Positions 38,600-50,873 of a stretch of 54,216 nucleotides of DNA are shown here, piece by piece; the first letter of the stretch is position 1, and each line of letters starts with the position of its first letter. The DNA is from Parasitella parasitica NRRL 2501 (lineage: Eukaryota > Fungi > Mucoromycota), in contig MU619391.1 of the NCBI GenBank assembly GCA_025201805.1, forward strand, positions 2,677-56,892. Direction: 5' to 3'. The notes under the pieces were generated by a model that was not told where the DNA came from, made no database searches, and saw only the letters and a list, made by a program, of their open reading frames with translations. The position numbers and the translations under genes were made by a program.

Positions 38600-39646
38600 A
38601 GCGACTAAAATATATACACAACACATAGCAATGTAAAATGTCAAACTCTTGTATACAATTTACAGTAGTGCATTACTTTTGTAGATTTTTACACTCGTGA
38701 AACTCCTAATTTTTTTGATTCAACATTTCATTCCTTTTCACCAAACTATATGTAAACCTATGCAAATAAAACACACAAGCTCATGTCCGGGGAACAACAT
38801 TTATAGCTTCAAATATGCACGTTCAACGATCAACACGTTTAGGTATGACTTTTCATTCATATGCTCACTATCAATACATCAGAATTTCTCAACCGTATTA
38901 GCTATCATATACCTAGCAGTTTTTATGTAGTCTAATTGTTCAAGATGCAAAGATATATAATAAATGCAAGAGGTATTTATGTGTACAGACCCATTCTAGA
39001 CAATCTTGCTCTTTACAATATATTTTTTCTAAGAAAAAAAAAAAAAAAGCGACTTTTCGTTGATTTCTTTGGCTATCGATTTGCAATTGACAACGAAAGG
39101 CATCTAACAACAGCTATAGACGGACAAACTCTTCACCCGTACCGATGATATACTGTATTTTCTGTGAATACAGCCGCCAATGCTCGAAATATGTTATGTC
39201 GATAATCACGTTTTTAATGCATGTTACTCCATTACGAATCCCGAACCTTATTTTCGCAAGCTTCTCGGTGTAGTAGCTACTTGCAGCGTATGCAATGTAC
39301 ACCAATTTACCATAGTTGCCATCAAGATTAATTGAAAGCTCCAGATTTGAACGACATGTCTAAAAAAAAAAAAAAAACGCTGAGCTCTGTTCCTGAAAAG
39401 CGTTCCTTTACACTTATTTGACAAAAATGCTCGTTTTATATAATTCGTGTATACCATGCATCTTGATGAATACAACATACATCATGTTGCATGTTCATGT
39501 ACCAACTTATTAAACACGCACGTAGTAAAGTAATCGAGGATCATGTTGTTTTATATATATCTTGTTTAATAAAAGTATACAAACTTCACAGAAGACTATC
39601 TGATATGTCATGATAATATGCTTTTATTTTTGTATACAATCAAACT

Positions 39647-40147
39647 TTAATTCTTTTTTTTTCTACCTGGATGCGGGGCGCCTTCAACAATACGTCTTTC
39701 CAGTAAAAACTGACTCTCCGAAGAAGTGACCAACTTGTCAATCATATTAGCCATACAATAACCACCCAGATTTGCTTGCCAAAAGTAGAAATCATTGATT
39801 AGTTTCCCATCTGAATATAGTTTTTCAAGATCTCGCTGATGCTTCATGGTAAGCGGATGGAAATTCTCTTCTTTTATGACGCCCCACTCCGGATGACACT
39901 CCTTGAATGGCTGTTGTTGTTGTTGTTGTTGCTGTTGTTGCTGTTGTTGCTGTTGTTGTTGTTGATGATGCTGATGGTGTTGATGATGTTGATGATGGTG
40001 TTGTTGCTGTTGCTGCTGCTGTTGTTGCTGATATTGATCTTCGGACCAGCCCGCCAGTGCCGCCGCTAAACCCCCAATATTGCCGTTGGTAGTGTTAGCA
40101 GTGTTGTACATGTAATTATCTCGATCTTGGTCTTGCGGTTGATACAT
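39647..40147 (-). CDS. PolyQ/polyH protein with a compact C-terminal domain, possibly WWE-like
   Basis: 166-aa open frame preceded by a pyrimidine-rich leader; ordered-looking C-terminal ~80 aa EWGVIKEENFHPLTMKHQRDLEKLYSDGK...LLERR. Confidence 0.62.
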   Translation of the reverse strand: MYQPQDQDRDNYMYNTANTTNGNIGGLAAALAGWSEDQYQQQQQQQQQQHHHQHHQHHQHHQQQQQQQQQQQQQQQQQQPFKECHPEWGVIKEENFHPLTMKHQRDLEKLYSDGKLINDFYFWQANLGGYCMANMIDKLVTSSESQFLLERRIVEGAPHPGRKKKN

Positions 40148-40385
40148 CTTGTTCTATAAGGCAGCGGGAAGCAAAAAAGAAGAAGAAAGATAAAAGAGAA
40201 TAAAGAAAACAAGAAAAATGCCAAGGTTATATGTATGATTTTGTTGCGTGAAAAGTAAATTAGAGGGCATGAATCTAACCTGACGACAGAGCCATCATCG
40301 CCCCTTCCCTGTATATTAAGTTTATGCGTCATAATTGTAAGTTTCCTTGTATTTTGCAAATCCCATTTTATCTTCTTCTTTAACA

Positions 40386-40838
40386 TCATGTCGTTGCCTC
40401 ATGCATAAGATTAGCCACCTTTCTCGATATGAAATGAATAATGCTCATATGAGCAAAATCCTCGGCTTGCATGCTAAAGTAGATACGATACAGGACAAAC
40501 ATAATCCACACGATGCTGAGGGTATATACAGCTAGTTTGGGAGTACTCATAGCTGACATTTTTGAATCGGTTACAAATTGACGCGCTTTTTGCTTGTGTG
40601 TTTGTTGTTGTGGTCGATGTGGCCTTCTACACTTTACTGTCGTTGTGGTCTCTGTAGGCTGGTATCCTGTAGTTTTGCTGCTTTTATCTTTTTTGTCACT
40701 AAACATGCCGAGTAATGTTACATTCCGCCGTTCCTTGCTTGATCGCGTACTTGCTGCCGATGCAACGGACGTAGGTAAATGTCGACGTTGACGAGAAGGG
40801 CGTTTCCCCATATCAAGTATAGATTCCTGCTCATCCAT
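40386..40838 (-). CDS. Hypothetical 150-aa basic protein with one C-terminal transmembrane helix
   Basis: ATG 40838 follows a T-rich leader; hydrophilic basic N-terminus, then LAVYTLSIVWIMFVLYRIYF. Confidence 0.55.
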   Translation of the reverse strand: MDEQESILDMGKRPSRQRRHLPTSVASAASTRSSKERRNVTLLGMFSDKKDKSSKTTGYQPTETTTTVKCRRPHRPQQQTHKQKARQFVTDSKMSAMSTPKLAVYTLSIVWIMFVLYRIYFSMQAEDFAHMSIIHFISRKVANLMHEATT

Positions 40839-43432
40839 TATACAGTGTGTGTCAAAACAAAACAAAAAAAAAAAGACTAAAAAAGAAAGGGGGGCGAGCG
40901 AAGAGGAAACCCCACATCTATTTAAATCCGGAGCCGAGCATGTCCCACCGTTGTTTACTTTTTGTAAGCAGTGCGTGTTCATTCTATCATACAAGAATTA
41001 CTACGGCGTCGCAGGCAGATGGGCGCAATTTAGTGCTGTGAAAGCATGAGTTTTGCGTCGAGTTCTCCCTAAAGAATGACGATAATATTTGGTTGTTCGT
41101 GGAGAGATGAGCATACCAACCATATATTGCAGGTACAACTCCTATTAGAAGCATCCAGAATGTCTATAAGCTATTAGACATCAAGATGATGTAAACAATT
41201 GTCCTGTATCCTTTTTATTCCATTAGCCGTAAATCCTTTGAGACTCTCATCATTATTATTGATAGGAATGTCAATGATCTTGAACACTTGAGGCATTCAT
41301 GCCAAAATTGGTTCTGCAGAACTTGATTATTTTAACCAACGACTAGTTTTGTTTTTCATTCAAACAGCTGCAATGCTTGGAATCTTGCAAAGAAATACTG
41401 AACTGCTGGATGCGGATACATAACATTGCATTCATGTATATATTTTTTTTTACACAAATCCAAAAAAAAAAGTCTATCTCTAAAGCATGTTGGTTCATAT
41501 GGCACAACAAGCTGCTATGAAAATCTTCTATGATATATTATACCGTATTCATCCATCGATCTTCCTGACAAGTGACGCCAAATGTCCGCCTTTTTAACGG
41601 GGGAGAGGGGGTGCACTTTTCATGCATAGATTTACGGCAAGTTTAATAAAGTAGCACCGTGTTTAAACATCAAGCTAGACGCGCTAGAATGGCAATCAAT
41701 GTGGATCGTACATGTGGTTTACACAAATAATGGATGTCTGACCAATAAATTGGGAAGTTTGATCCGGGCTGCCAGCAAGAAGGCGCACACAAGAAGCTTG
41801 TCTAGAAATTTAGTAATTGAAAGTTTTTTATTTGTTTGTTGTTGTTTCTTAGAAGAGGAGTCGACATGTGTAAATAAAAGGAAAACTTTTGATATCAAAG
41901 GCAGAAAAAGAAGAAATCAAGGCATATATGCGATGGGAAGGAGAACAAAAAAAAAAAAAAAAAAAAAAAGAGGTTGGTGGATGCATAGAGTTGCCGTTGC
42001 TTGTTTAGATGTTGGATAGAGCATAAGATGTGTTTACTGCTGTTGTTAAGAGAAAAGGAGCGTGTAGTGATTCACTGGATTGATTTTACTTTAAAAAAGC
42101 GCACTGCTTGGGCGAATGGCCATATTTTCCACACCAGGTGCTAATGAAAAGGTTCAGTACATGTGCCAGACACTTTTGTATCATGTAATTAACTTACCAT
42201 TGACCGCCATCTAAATTCAATGGCTTAACAGTTAAAGTTACGTTGGCTTCGTGATTATGATCTTCCATTTTTTTAATGAATTGAGTAGAAGCAGAAAGTA
42301 AAGAAGCAAAATAAAGAGCCATATTGTCCATGTTTATATAGACGCAGAACCCAATCATTTACATATGGCTATTTTTAAGGAGACACCTCATCATCACTCA
42401 AAGATGCCCATCAGGGCTGGCGTTTTGTTGACAATTGTCATGGGTTGCTTGACGTGTTATTTCAGTTACATAACTGCATTGCGTTATCCCCATATCCAAA
42501 AGACTAAATATGGTGTATAGCATAGACCGTCGATATTGACATGTACAAGACCTAGATTTTTCTAAAATGGTCATTAAACAAGTTATATAACAGCATTCCC
42601 CCTAAATTCCTTTCCTCTCTCTCTCTCTCTCTTCAGCCTTTCATTACATGCAGACCATACCAAAATTAGCGAGTAGACTTTAAGAGCCAGTCTAAGCTAT
42701 TAGACATTGATTCAATGCTGCTAGTTCAATCAATTCCCTGAAAGACTTTTGTAATCAAACAAGCGAGGTGGTGATGACCAACCCTAAATAAAGAAATCAA
42801 CGATAAAGACTTGAAAAAAGGCCCATTGACCATTGTAGTCAATAATGAACTTTTACACTGGTTATACAGGACATACATTATCTTGAACAAATTGATCTCC
42901 CTGCGTTTTTTTTGTCATGAGCGAGGAATTCGATCCATTGATTTCCCCAATGATAAGGATTAAAAGGGGAATTTGATTGTATTACCCAACATATCTCGTG
43001 ATCAAATGGACATAGTTACATGTGCTGCTTGTCTGTATGAAGTGCACTCATTATAACCTTGATGGGTTTCGCGACGGGTCTAGAACTGTTCGAATGCCAT
43101 ATGCTTGCAAACAAGTTGTGAAGATCTACAATATTCCCCTTGTTTCTATCTTTATCAACTGCCATAATTGATACGTGATAATCGTTTCTCCATTGCGCAT
43201 TTTACATAAATAGATCATCCTCGCCACCCCCCTTTTTTTTTACATGTAATCTTGTCAAACAAAGCTGTAGAGTCATTTTTGCTGTTGTGCTTGTGTTTGT
43301 ACATTCGCTCGACCATAATTTTATTATTTTAACCATGTGAACTAAGAAAACATCCTTGTGTTTAAAGAAGGATTTCATACATATACGACACGAGAGGAGA
43401 GTTGGATTTGCTGTAATGAGCGAACAACGACT

Positions 43433-43844
43433 TTAGATGTTCAACTTGGTGTGGCGCCAGTTACGTCTCTTAGCATTCCAACTGCGTCAACAAAGTAAAG
43501 GACAGAGTGAGCTTCCATAATGGGCGTCTTCTATGTGAGTTTAATCTTACCGAATCTTGGTGTCAGTCTTAAGACGGAACCAGTGGGGCAAAGGGCGGTT
43601 TTGCTTCTTGGCCTTGCCAAGCTTGACCTTGGTGATGAAAGACTTTTGAGAAGGCTACATATGGCATTCAAAGAATTTCGTTAATATCTCTCTCGATTAA
43701 AGCATCTCGTTTTTTTTTTTCGCTTCAATGTCCATCAATCCATCAAGAGCTGTATGTCCAATCCATCAAACAAGTTGCCTCTCTTTTCCCTGTCCATCAT
43801 GACCTCCCCTCCCATTCTTATTAACCACTATCTATCCTTACCAT
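43433..43844 (-). CDS. RPL39: 60S ribosomal protein L39; ATG-only first exon plus two further exons; absent from the ORF track
   Basis: Spliced product [51 protein letters not shown]. Confidence 0.97.
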
Positions 43845-44533
43845 TTCGAAAGGCGATGTATGCGAGAAGAGGAGGTTCTTCACGTTTGCTGCTTACATTA
43901 CACATCAAATAACATTCGGCACTGCGGATTTGTAAAAAAGAAAAAAAAAAAACTTGTGTCTAATCGGACATGTTCCGGACCGTTTACTCACATCTATCCG
44001 GGAGGATCTGATTACTTATAATGCTCTACTCCTTTGGATATAGCTCCAGGCTCACTAGAAAAAAACATGTGTAATTCACTCGAGCTATCATTCTGCTTGT
44101 AAAAAAAAAACAAAAAATCTTAAAAAAACTGAATTAATAGCAATTTCTCAGAGTTTAATCGGAAAAATCTGCAATAGTTGTAAAAGGACCATCTGAAGCG
44201 ATTAAGCATCAACATTAGAGGGATTCAATTGAATGCAAATCATGCCCAGCACGAGTAAAACAGCCTTCATTCCGTATTGTAGCATCTTGGTATGCTTAGG
44301 TATTATTTATTTGTACATTTAAGCAATCAATGCTTCTTGCTCCAAACTACAAAAAACCTTGAAAATATGCAGTACTCTTTCGCATTCATGTATACATATA
44401 ATCTCTGTTAACTAAAAAAACACATTTGTGATACATCGAGGATGAAGTAATTCTTCTCAAAATAGCTTTTTATTATTATACCAATCTCGTAATTGATGCG
44501 TTAAAGAGGTTCATTTGAAAATTATTAACCAAT

Positions 44534-45229
44534 TTAAGCCTTGTTGGCAGCCTGTCAAAATGTAAACTTAGTCAAAAGCTGATGTGTACTGCTATATTCG
44601 AGTTTACCTTCTGGAATCTGAATCTAGGAGGAGGGAGACGGTTACGACGGTCAGTGGCAGAACGAACACGGACGACACGAGCGTGAATAGCACAAGAGAT
44701 ACAGTAGTGGAGCTTAACGTACAACTTGGGGATAGCATACTCTATATTTTTTTTTTTTTTTTTTTAAAAAAAAAATGTCGGTTAATGATCTTATTTTACA
44801 AGTTGTTTGTGCACTGAAAATTACCCTCATAGATGGAAGCTTCTTGGAGATCACGGACAGCAGCAGCTTCAACCATGTTGCGGATGGTGAAACGCTTGAT
44901 GGCCTTGTCCTTGGGGACACAACGGAAGCAGTTGATACAACGAACATACTTGTTGTGGCCACGACCGTGCTTGTTACGTCCGTTATTTCTTCTCTTGCAA
45001 GTCTATAGTAATGCTATTTAGTAACTGTGCCTTTTAATAGCAGCACGGAAAATGTCAAGACGATCAAGGGCAGTGGCATGTTCGACATCCAAATTATCCA
45101 AACATCCAATCAACGACAATCAATAATGTCTACTTTTATCATCCATCCTTTTGTATCGTTGTCTTTAATGCCCTTCATACATGCTCTTCACTTCCATGCG
45201 GTAAATCTGTTTGAACCAAAACGTACCAT
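44534..45229 (-). CDS. RPS26: 40S ribosomal protein S26; 4 exons with an ATG-only first exon; correct frame absent from the ORF track
   Basis: Spliced product [17 protein letters not shown]...[17 protein letters not shown]...[16 protein letters not shown]...AANKA*. Confidence 0.97.
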
Positions 45230-45431
45230 ATTGATAGATGAACGAAGAAGTTGAGAGAGAGTTTCCCTTGGGGTTGCCTGCTGGCTGCAACTTTACCTCT
45301 CCTCCTGACATTGCCGCTGGACAGTTTTTTTGATTCTCAACTGCAAGTTTTGCGGATCGGATTTCCTCTATGATGCTTGTCCGGATATCAATTAGGTCTG
45401 TATGCAATTGGCCAAGACGCAAAAATCTTTA

Positions 45432-47314
45432 ATGGAGCTTCAAGCAAATGCTTCTTGTTAGTACTGTTGGATAGTTTCGAGTATTATGAGTAAACAACCT
45501 CAGTATATAGTTGTTAATAGAGGAAAGAAAAAAAGGGCCGTTGCCCCTGCTGTGAAAAAACACATGGAGGTGGACAACGAAGAAGACGCATGGCCAAGCA
45601 GTTTAAAGTAAGAAAGAATGAAATGCTGCGTTGGTGAAATCTTTGTTGAGCCTTTTTGTAGAGAGTATGTTACGAATTCCTTTTCGAATTGCATGCCTGA
45701 TATGAAGAAGACATTGGAAGCACAACTAAAAGCCATCGTCAAACAAGCAAAGAATACGGATATGATGGACGTGATTGACTGGAATACCAGAGATTTACCG
45801 AGGTATTATGTCAACTTTTGTCCAGCAAAAAACCAAGTATATACTGACTATTTTTTCAGCGCATGTATAACTACCAAGAACCCCAATTCTGTGGATCTAT
45901 TTCACAAACAGTGAGCAATTTCATTATTTTCGTATGCAATTTATTTAATTTTTCTTTTATGTATACATAGAGCAAAAATAGGAACCAAAAAAGCAACATC
46001 CACTTTAGGTAACATAGAACTAACACCAACAGAAGAGAGAAAACGGCAGCTTCGTGCAATGCGATTTCAGAGCGATGTACCGGCAACACCGGCCATTGCT
46101 CAGCCAGCAAAGAAAAAGAAAAAATCGATTACGCCCATCATTTGGGGTAACGAAGCAGAAACAGACTTGAATAATGTTATTGTTGGAACAAGCACTGAAC
46201 TAGAGAAACCTTACTTTAGATTAACGTCTGTAAGTTTATCCATACTGCTTTATTAATGGAGGATGGCATTTGACTTGGGCTATATCAGGCAGCAGATCCT
46301 ACCACAGTTAGACCGCTCAATATTCTAAAGAAAGCCTTTAAAATGTTACGATCGAAATGGAGAGAAGATGGCAATTACTCATACATTTGCGAACAATTCA
46401 AGTCAATGCGACAGGATTTGACTGTAATGGATATATACAACCGTTTGAATACTTGAAATTTTGGCTAAAATAACGAGTTTTTTCAGGTACAAAGAATTCG
46501 CACTGATTTCACTGTTCGAGTATATGAAACCCATGCACGAATCGCTTTAGAAAAGGTATTTTTATACAGCAGACATTTTGCTATCAGCTTGCTCATATAT
46601 ACATGAACTAGGGAGATATTGGAGAGTATAATCAATGCCAAACACAACTAAAATACCTTTATGAACAGAATATCCCTGGTTGTGAGGATGAATTTTTAGC
46701 TTATAGAATCTTGTATATGCTGTTTTCTCAAAACCAGTCTAGTAAGAAATGAAAATGGAGAGGGACCTTTGGATATGATGACAGCAGCAAGCAGTACTTA
46801 CTTTGTGTGCAATATATATAGATATCAATGCTATGCTGGAAGAAATGTGCGATGTGGGATTAGAAAATCATGCTGAATGTGTACAGCATGCCTTAATGGT
46901 GCGATCTACACTAGCTAAAGGAAATTACCACAGGTTTTTCAGGCTGTATGAGACTGCACCTAACATGGGAGGCTATTTAATGGATCAGTTTGTTGGTAGA
47001 AAGAGAATCGACGCATTGATTGTAATGTGTAAAGCGTAGGTTTAGTTTAGTATCTATTTATATATATATATACATATCCCTTATCTTTGATGAATATCAA
47101 TTTTAGGTATAAAATGGGTATACCACTATCTTATGTTGCAAAAGAACTCTCCTTTGGTAGCATGAAAGCACTAGTAAAGTTCCTTCGAGAACATGGTATC
47201 AAGCAGTTGGCTAGCAAGATCAAAGATAGCATGCTTGATAGTAAATCTGCTCTGCCTGCATTGATGGCTCAGAGCAAAAATTATAATAAAGTGGACATTA
47301 AGGGACAGATTTAA
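45432..47314 (+). CDS. SAC3/GANP-family PCI protein, THP3/LENG8-like; many short exons
   Basis: [101 protein letters not shown]-terminal VDIKGQI*. Confidence 0.92.
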
Positions 47315-48699
47315 GTCACTTCAAATAGCCAACATTACTTCTGTTGCTAATTGTGCTATACATTTCAGTATTAGAAACACACTCAACGTCAATTACGATG
47401 TCATTCCGCAAAAGGTGCTTTATGAAAGGTCTTGCATTAAATCTGAAATGGAAACATCACTTCATATTTACTGATATACTCATGCATACCTATAAAACTT
47501 CAAGTCTGTGACGAAAACCGACTTTTGCTTCACGCAGCAAAGTGTATAACCAACAATCTGCTACTGTGAAATATCTATCGGCTATATATGAAGTATTATA
47601 ATTCTGTAAATACAAGCATAAATATCCTTAAATATCAATATTAGGCTTACTTTTTTCACGACTTGAAGGCCTAATGTCTAATCTTTTTGGTCCATTCACG
47701 AACTTAGAGTCGTACCAAATGATTTCCCAGAACTTGTAGTTCCTGTCTGATGCATTTTTACCAAGAATGAAAAATCGACAGTTTCGAGTGAGGACTTATA
47801 AACAAAAGTTGATGGATTTACTTATTTTCTGAATTTGGTCTTAAAAACGTGGATTTTTCTTATGGTATACACGGTCTTTCCATATCAAAAAGTCGCATTT
47901 TAAGATTTTTGCTTGTCGTTTTAGTATTTTAAATGAGCAATTTTAACCGAGTAGTATTTAAGGACAGGACAGAAAAGGAGGATTAAGAGATGAAGGTGAA
48001 AGGGCTTGATGTACGATTAAGGAAATTAGTTACAATGGAATATTATTTGAATCAGCTTGGATATATAAGTTGAGACGTTTTAAGCGAAGAGAAGCCAGCC
48101 GCGAATACTGATATCAAAAAGGGAAAAAAGAAATACATGTTTTATTTTGTATTCACACATACACACATGTTGTATAAATATTTAAAGATAAGACTGAAAT
48201 GAAGGTGCTTTGGGTATACATGTTGAGAGAAAGTAGCTTATAAGCTAAGTCAGCCATAATAAATACGAATTGACGATAAAGTTGAAGAAAGAACTGGAAT
48301 GAAAACGTATATAAAAAAAGAGATATATATACATAATTCTCATTTATTAAAACTTCGAATGCAAGCAAGATAACCTTACTTTTGACTGAAAACAGCGCGA
48401 AGACAGGTTAAATCAGATTCAACGCAATTGCAATAATTTTTTGTTCGTTTTCATTTTCGTTATTGTAAAAAGGCTGCCACAGGGGACAGGGGAAGGGCTG
48501 CCACTGAGGACAGAAGATAAATTACAAAATTTTGAAATAGGAAAGAGGCAACATAGGCGATTATAAATTTTAAGAATCTAATGATGAAATTTATTGCCTA
48601 CTTCAGATAAAGGTTTCCTCACAAATGCAAAATATATATGATTTGAACAAGTAATAATAAATGTTTGTTCAATTAAATAAAAAAAAAAAATTTTTAGGA

Positions 48700-49974
48700 G
48701 CAGTAGGAGACATAGCATTGTCGTAGATATTTTCCGTTAGAAGAAGATTAGCAGTTATGTTATCTAACATACTTTTACTACGCTAGTACTTGCCAAGAAA
48801 ACGATTAGCTTTTTCCGTCATTCGAGCAAACGTATTGACAAAGGTTTCGAGAGAAACGGTACTATTGTCACTTTTTAAATCGAGTCAAGTGTTTGGATTA
48901 GCATCCAAAGAAGTACAAGCAGGGATATTAATCATCTTGACACGGGATATGAGAAAGATGTGTTTACATAACCCAATTTGATCGGGAAATGAGCAAGAGT
49001 CAAGATGATTGCTTTCACGACGAAGAGAATAAAATATATCAAAAGTGGTAAACGATTTGCAATAAAAAACCTGTATAAAAAAACATACATAAAATACACC
49101 ATAAGATATAACTAAAAGCAACATACGTTATTAACATCATCTTCGGAAACCATGTGGACAGCTTCATCAATATCAATACTATCGACAAAAAAAATTGACT
49201 GGTACCATAGTAAACACGCAGAACATCTTGTCTATAATCTTAACAACCAAACTATTCAAGTGTCTGTCGATTACATTTTGAACATCATGATAGTTATTCA
49301 GAAGAGCAGGAGGAAAAGTGTTGTAAATGGAATTGGTCTCAAGGTCATAAGTTCGTCTTCATTTAAACGAATCACTCCCTTGATTGACTTCCAATCCTTG
49401 TATTTCTCGACAGCATCTTCAATTCGTTGCTTGATCTCAGAGGAAAGACGAGATGCTTTTGCTAATTCTTCAGGATCTAGGGGGCCATGGTTGATATGCT
49501 TCCATCTGTAAACAACGTCAGCATTACCATTGAAGTATTATTATTTTTTTGAAAAAGGCTAGCAGTGCAGCCAATTTCATAGAAAGGGCAACCTTTTTTT
49601 TTTGCACCTTGGCCTACTCAGCAGCAGTATTCTCTACAGAAAATGATCAAAGTGCGTTTTTATTATTTAGATGTATACTTTATCACTTTTCTTATTGTGA
49701 GGAGAAAGAGCATGATCACAGCGATAATAATTTTAAACAACCCAAAATCGACCTTCACTTGCAAATTTTTGGTCATATTTAGCTTTGGAGATGTTCTTTT
49801 ATGATAGGTCCAGGTAGCATGCTTATTCAGTACGTCTTCCTTGTAAGATGCAAATGAAGTCTCAGATTCTAAGTTAACCGTTATTTTTACTACATATGTG
49901 TATTTAGATTCTTCATGAAGTCTATATTTCGTGTTTATGATGATAATATTATTCTTTACTGAGGAGGGTAGCAT
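48700..49974 (-). pseudogene. Disrupted MULE transposase: N-terminal zinc/DNA-binding region joined to a SWIM finger; DDE core apparently deleted
   Basis: In shifting minus-strand frames: KHATWT, YYRCDHA, GCTAS..., VVYRWKHINH...RLSSEIKQRIEDAVEKYKDWKSIKGVIRL, then KSFTT..FY...DSCSFPDQIGLCKHIFL (decayed CxC..CxH SWIM). Confidence 0.75.
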
Positions 49975-50293
49975 AAACTAAGTGCAAAAAGTGCAGCAGT
50001 AACACCAGGGACACGACTATAAAATTAAGGGCGTGGTTATTTGCACATGAAAATGTACGCTACTGAGAAAAAGTGGGTACTTGAAAGTGATTATATCAAT
50101 TGGGCCGAAGTCTAGTAGTATTTTTTCTTTCTTTCGGACCACCACAATGAAACTTTGTTGTACTTGTTATGTCAAAAGTCTGATAAAATAAATCTGCCAA
50201 AGATTTACACTTTTATTCATAATACATCTCTCGATGTATTATATACACATTCATTACACTAGAGTTCTATTGTCTAGCTGCATAATGTAAATC

Positions 50294-50873
50294 ATGACTA
50301 CCCATGATTTACTGTAAGACCCTGGGACTGATCTGAGATCCTGATGTGAGACCTTGCCATGTTATTGATATAACAGTACTAATCGAAATCTTTCGGTTAC
50401 GTTAACAGAGATTAACTGTGCTGACACCGCTGATACCATCGAATCATGGCTCCGAAGCCTTGATCTTGCTGAACCCTTTGAACACTTCAGGATCTTGAAA
50501 GATAAACCGTAGGTATTCAAAATCACGGAATTTCAATGTACTTATCGCTTTTGTCGTATACTGTTCTAGATATGCGTTTCTACATTTTACAACTAAGGAG
50601 AATGCACGCAGATTCTTCCAGAGATACGGAAATAAGAAGCTTGTTGAAGGTAGGAGCACGAGGGTATTGCCATCCGTTGATTGGAATGGAAGACCAATCT
50701 CATATGAAATCCCTTTAAACATACCAGTATCAAACCCACCAACAGTGTCAAACCTACCACCAGTATCAAGTCCACCACCAGTATCAAACCGACCATCAGT
50801 GTCAAACCCATCACCAGTATCAAACCTACCAGAAATCAGAGTCAAGGCCACCATGTTAAAGTCATCTTGCTAG
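50294..50873 (+). CDS. RRM-like RNA-binding protein with Pro-rich repeat carried inside the MULE; exons 50294-50313, 50377-50508, 50570-50873; 151 aa
   Basis: Two GT-AG introns of about 60 nt splice in frame to MTTHDLLTNRNLSVTLTEINCADTADTIESWLRSL...FEHFRILKDKPYAFLHFTTKENARRFFQRYG...; KPYAFLHF matches the RNP1 pattern. Confidence 0.68.
50724..50832 (+). repeat. 18-bp coding minisatellite, about six units of CCAGTATCAAACC(C/T)ACCA encoding PVSN(L/P)P
   Basis: PVSNPP-TVSNLP-PVSSPP-PVSNRP-SVSNPS-PVSNLP. Confidence 0.88.

Noticed and set aside
41050-43400. Long intergenic region searched for tRNA, snoRNA or small genes
   Set aside because: No tRNA T-loop/cloverleaf, C/D box pair or convincing spliced ORF was found by eye
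44584-45021. Plus-strand ORFs over the RPS26 locus, and similar antisense ORFs over G6PD, VTC4, MIC60, LSM4, the ATPase and polyQ tracts
   Set aside because: Antisense or alternative-frame shadows of real genes and trinucleotide repeats
50724-50832. 18-bp repeat array considered as CRISPR-like
   Set aside because: Units are contiguous with no unique spacers and encode an in-frame Pro-rich linker; eukaryotic context
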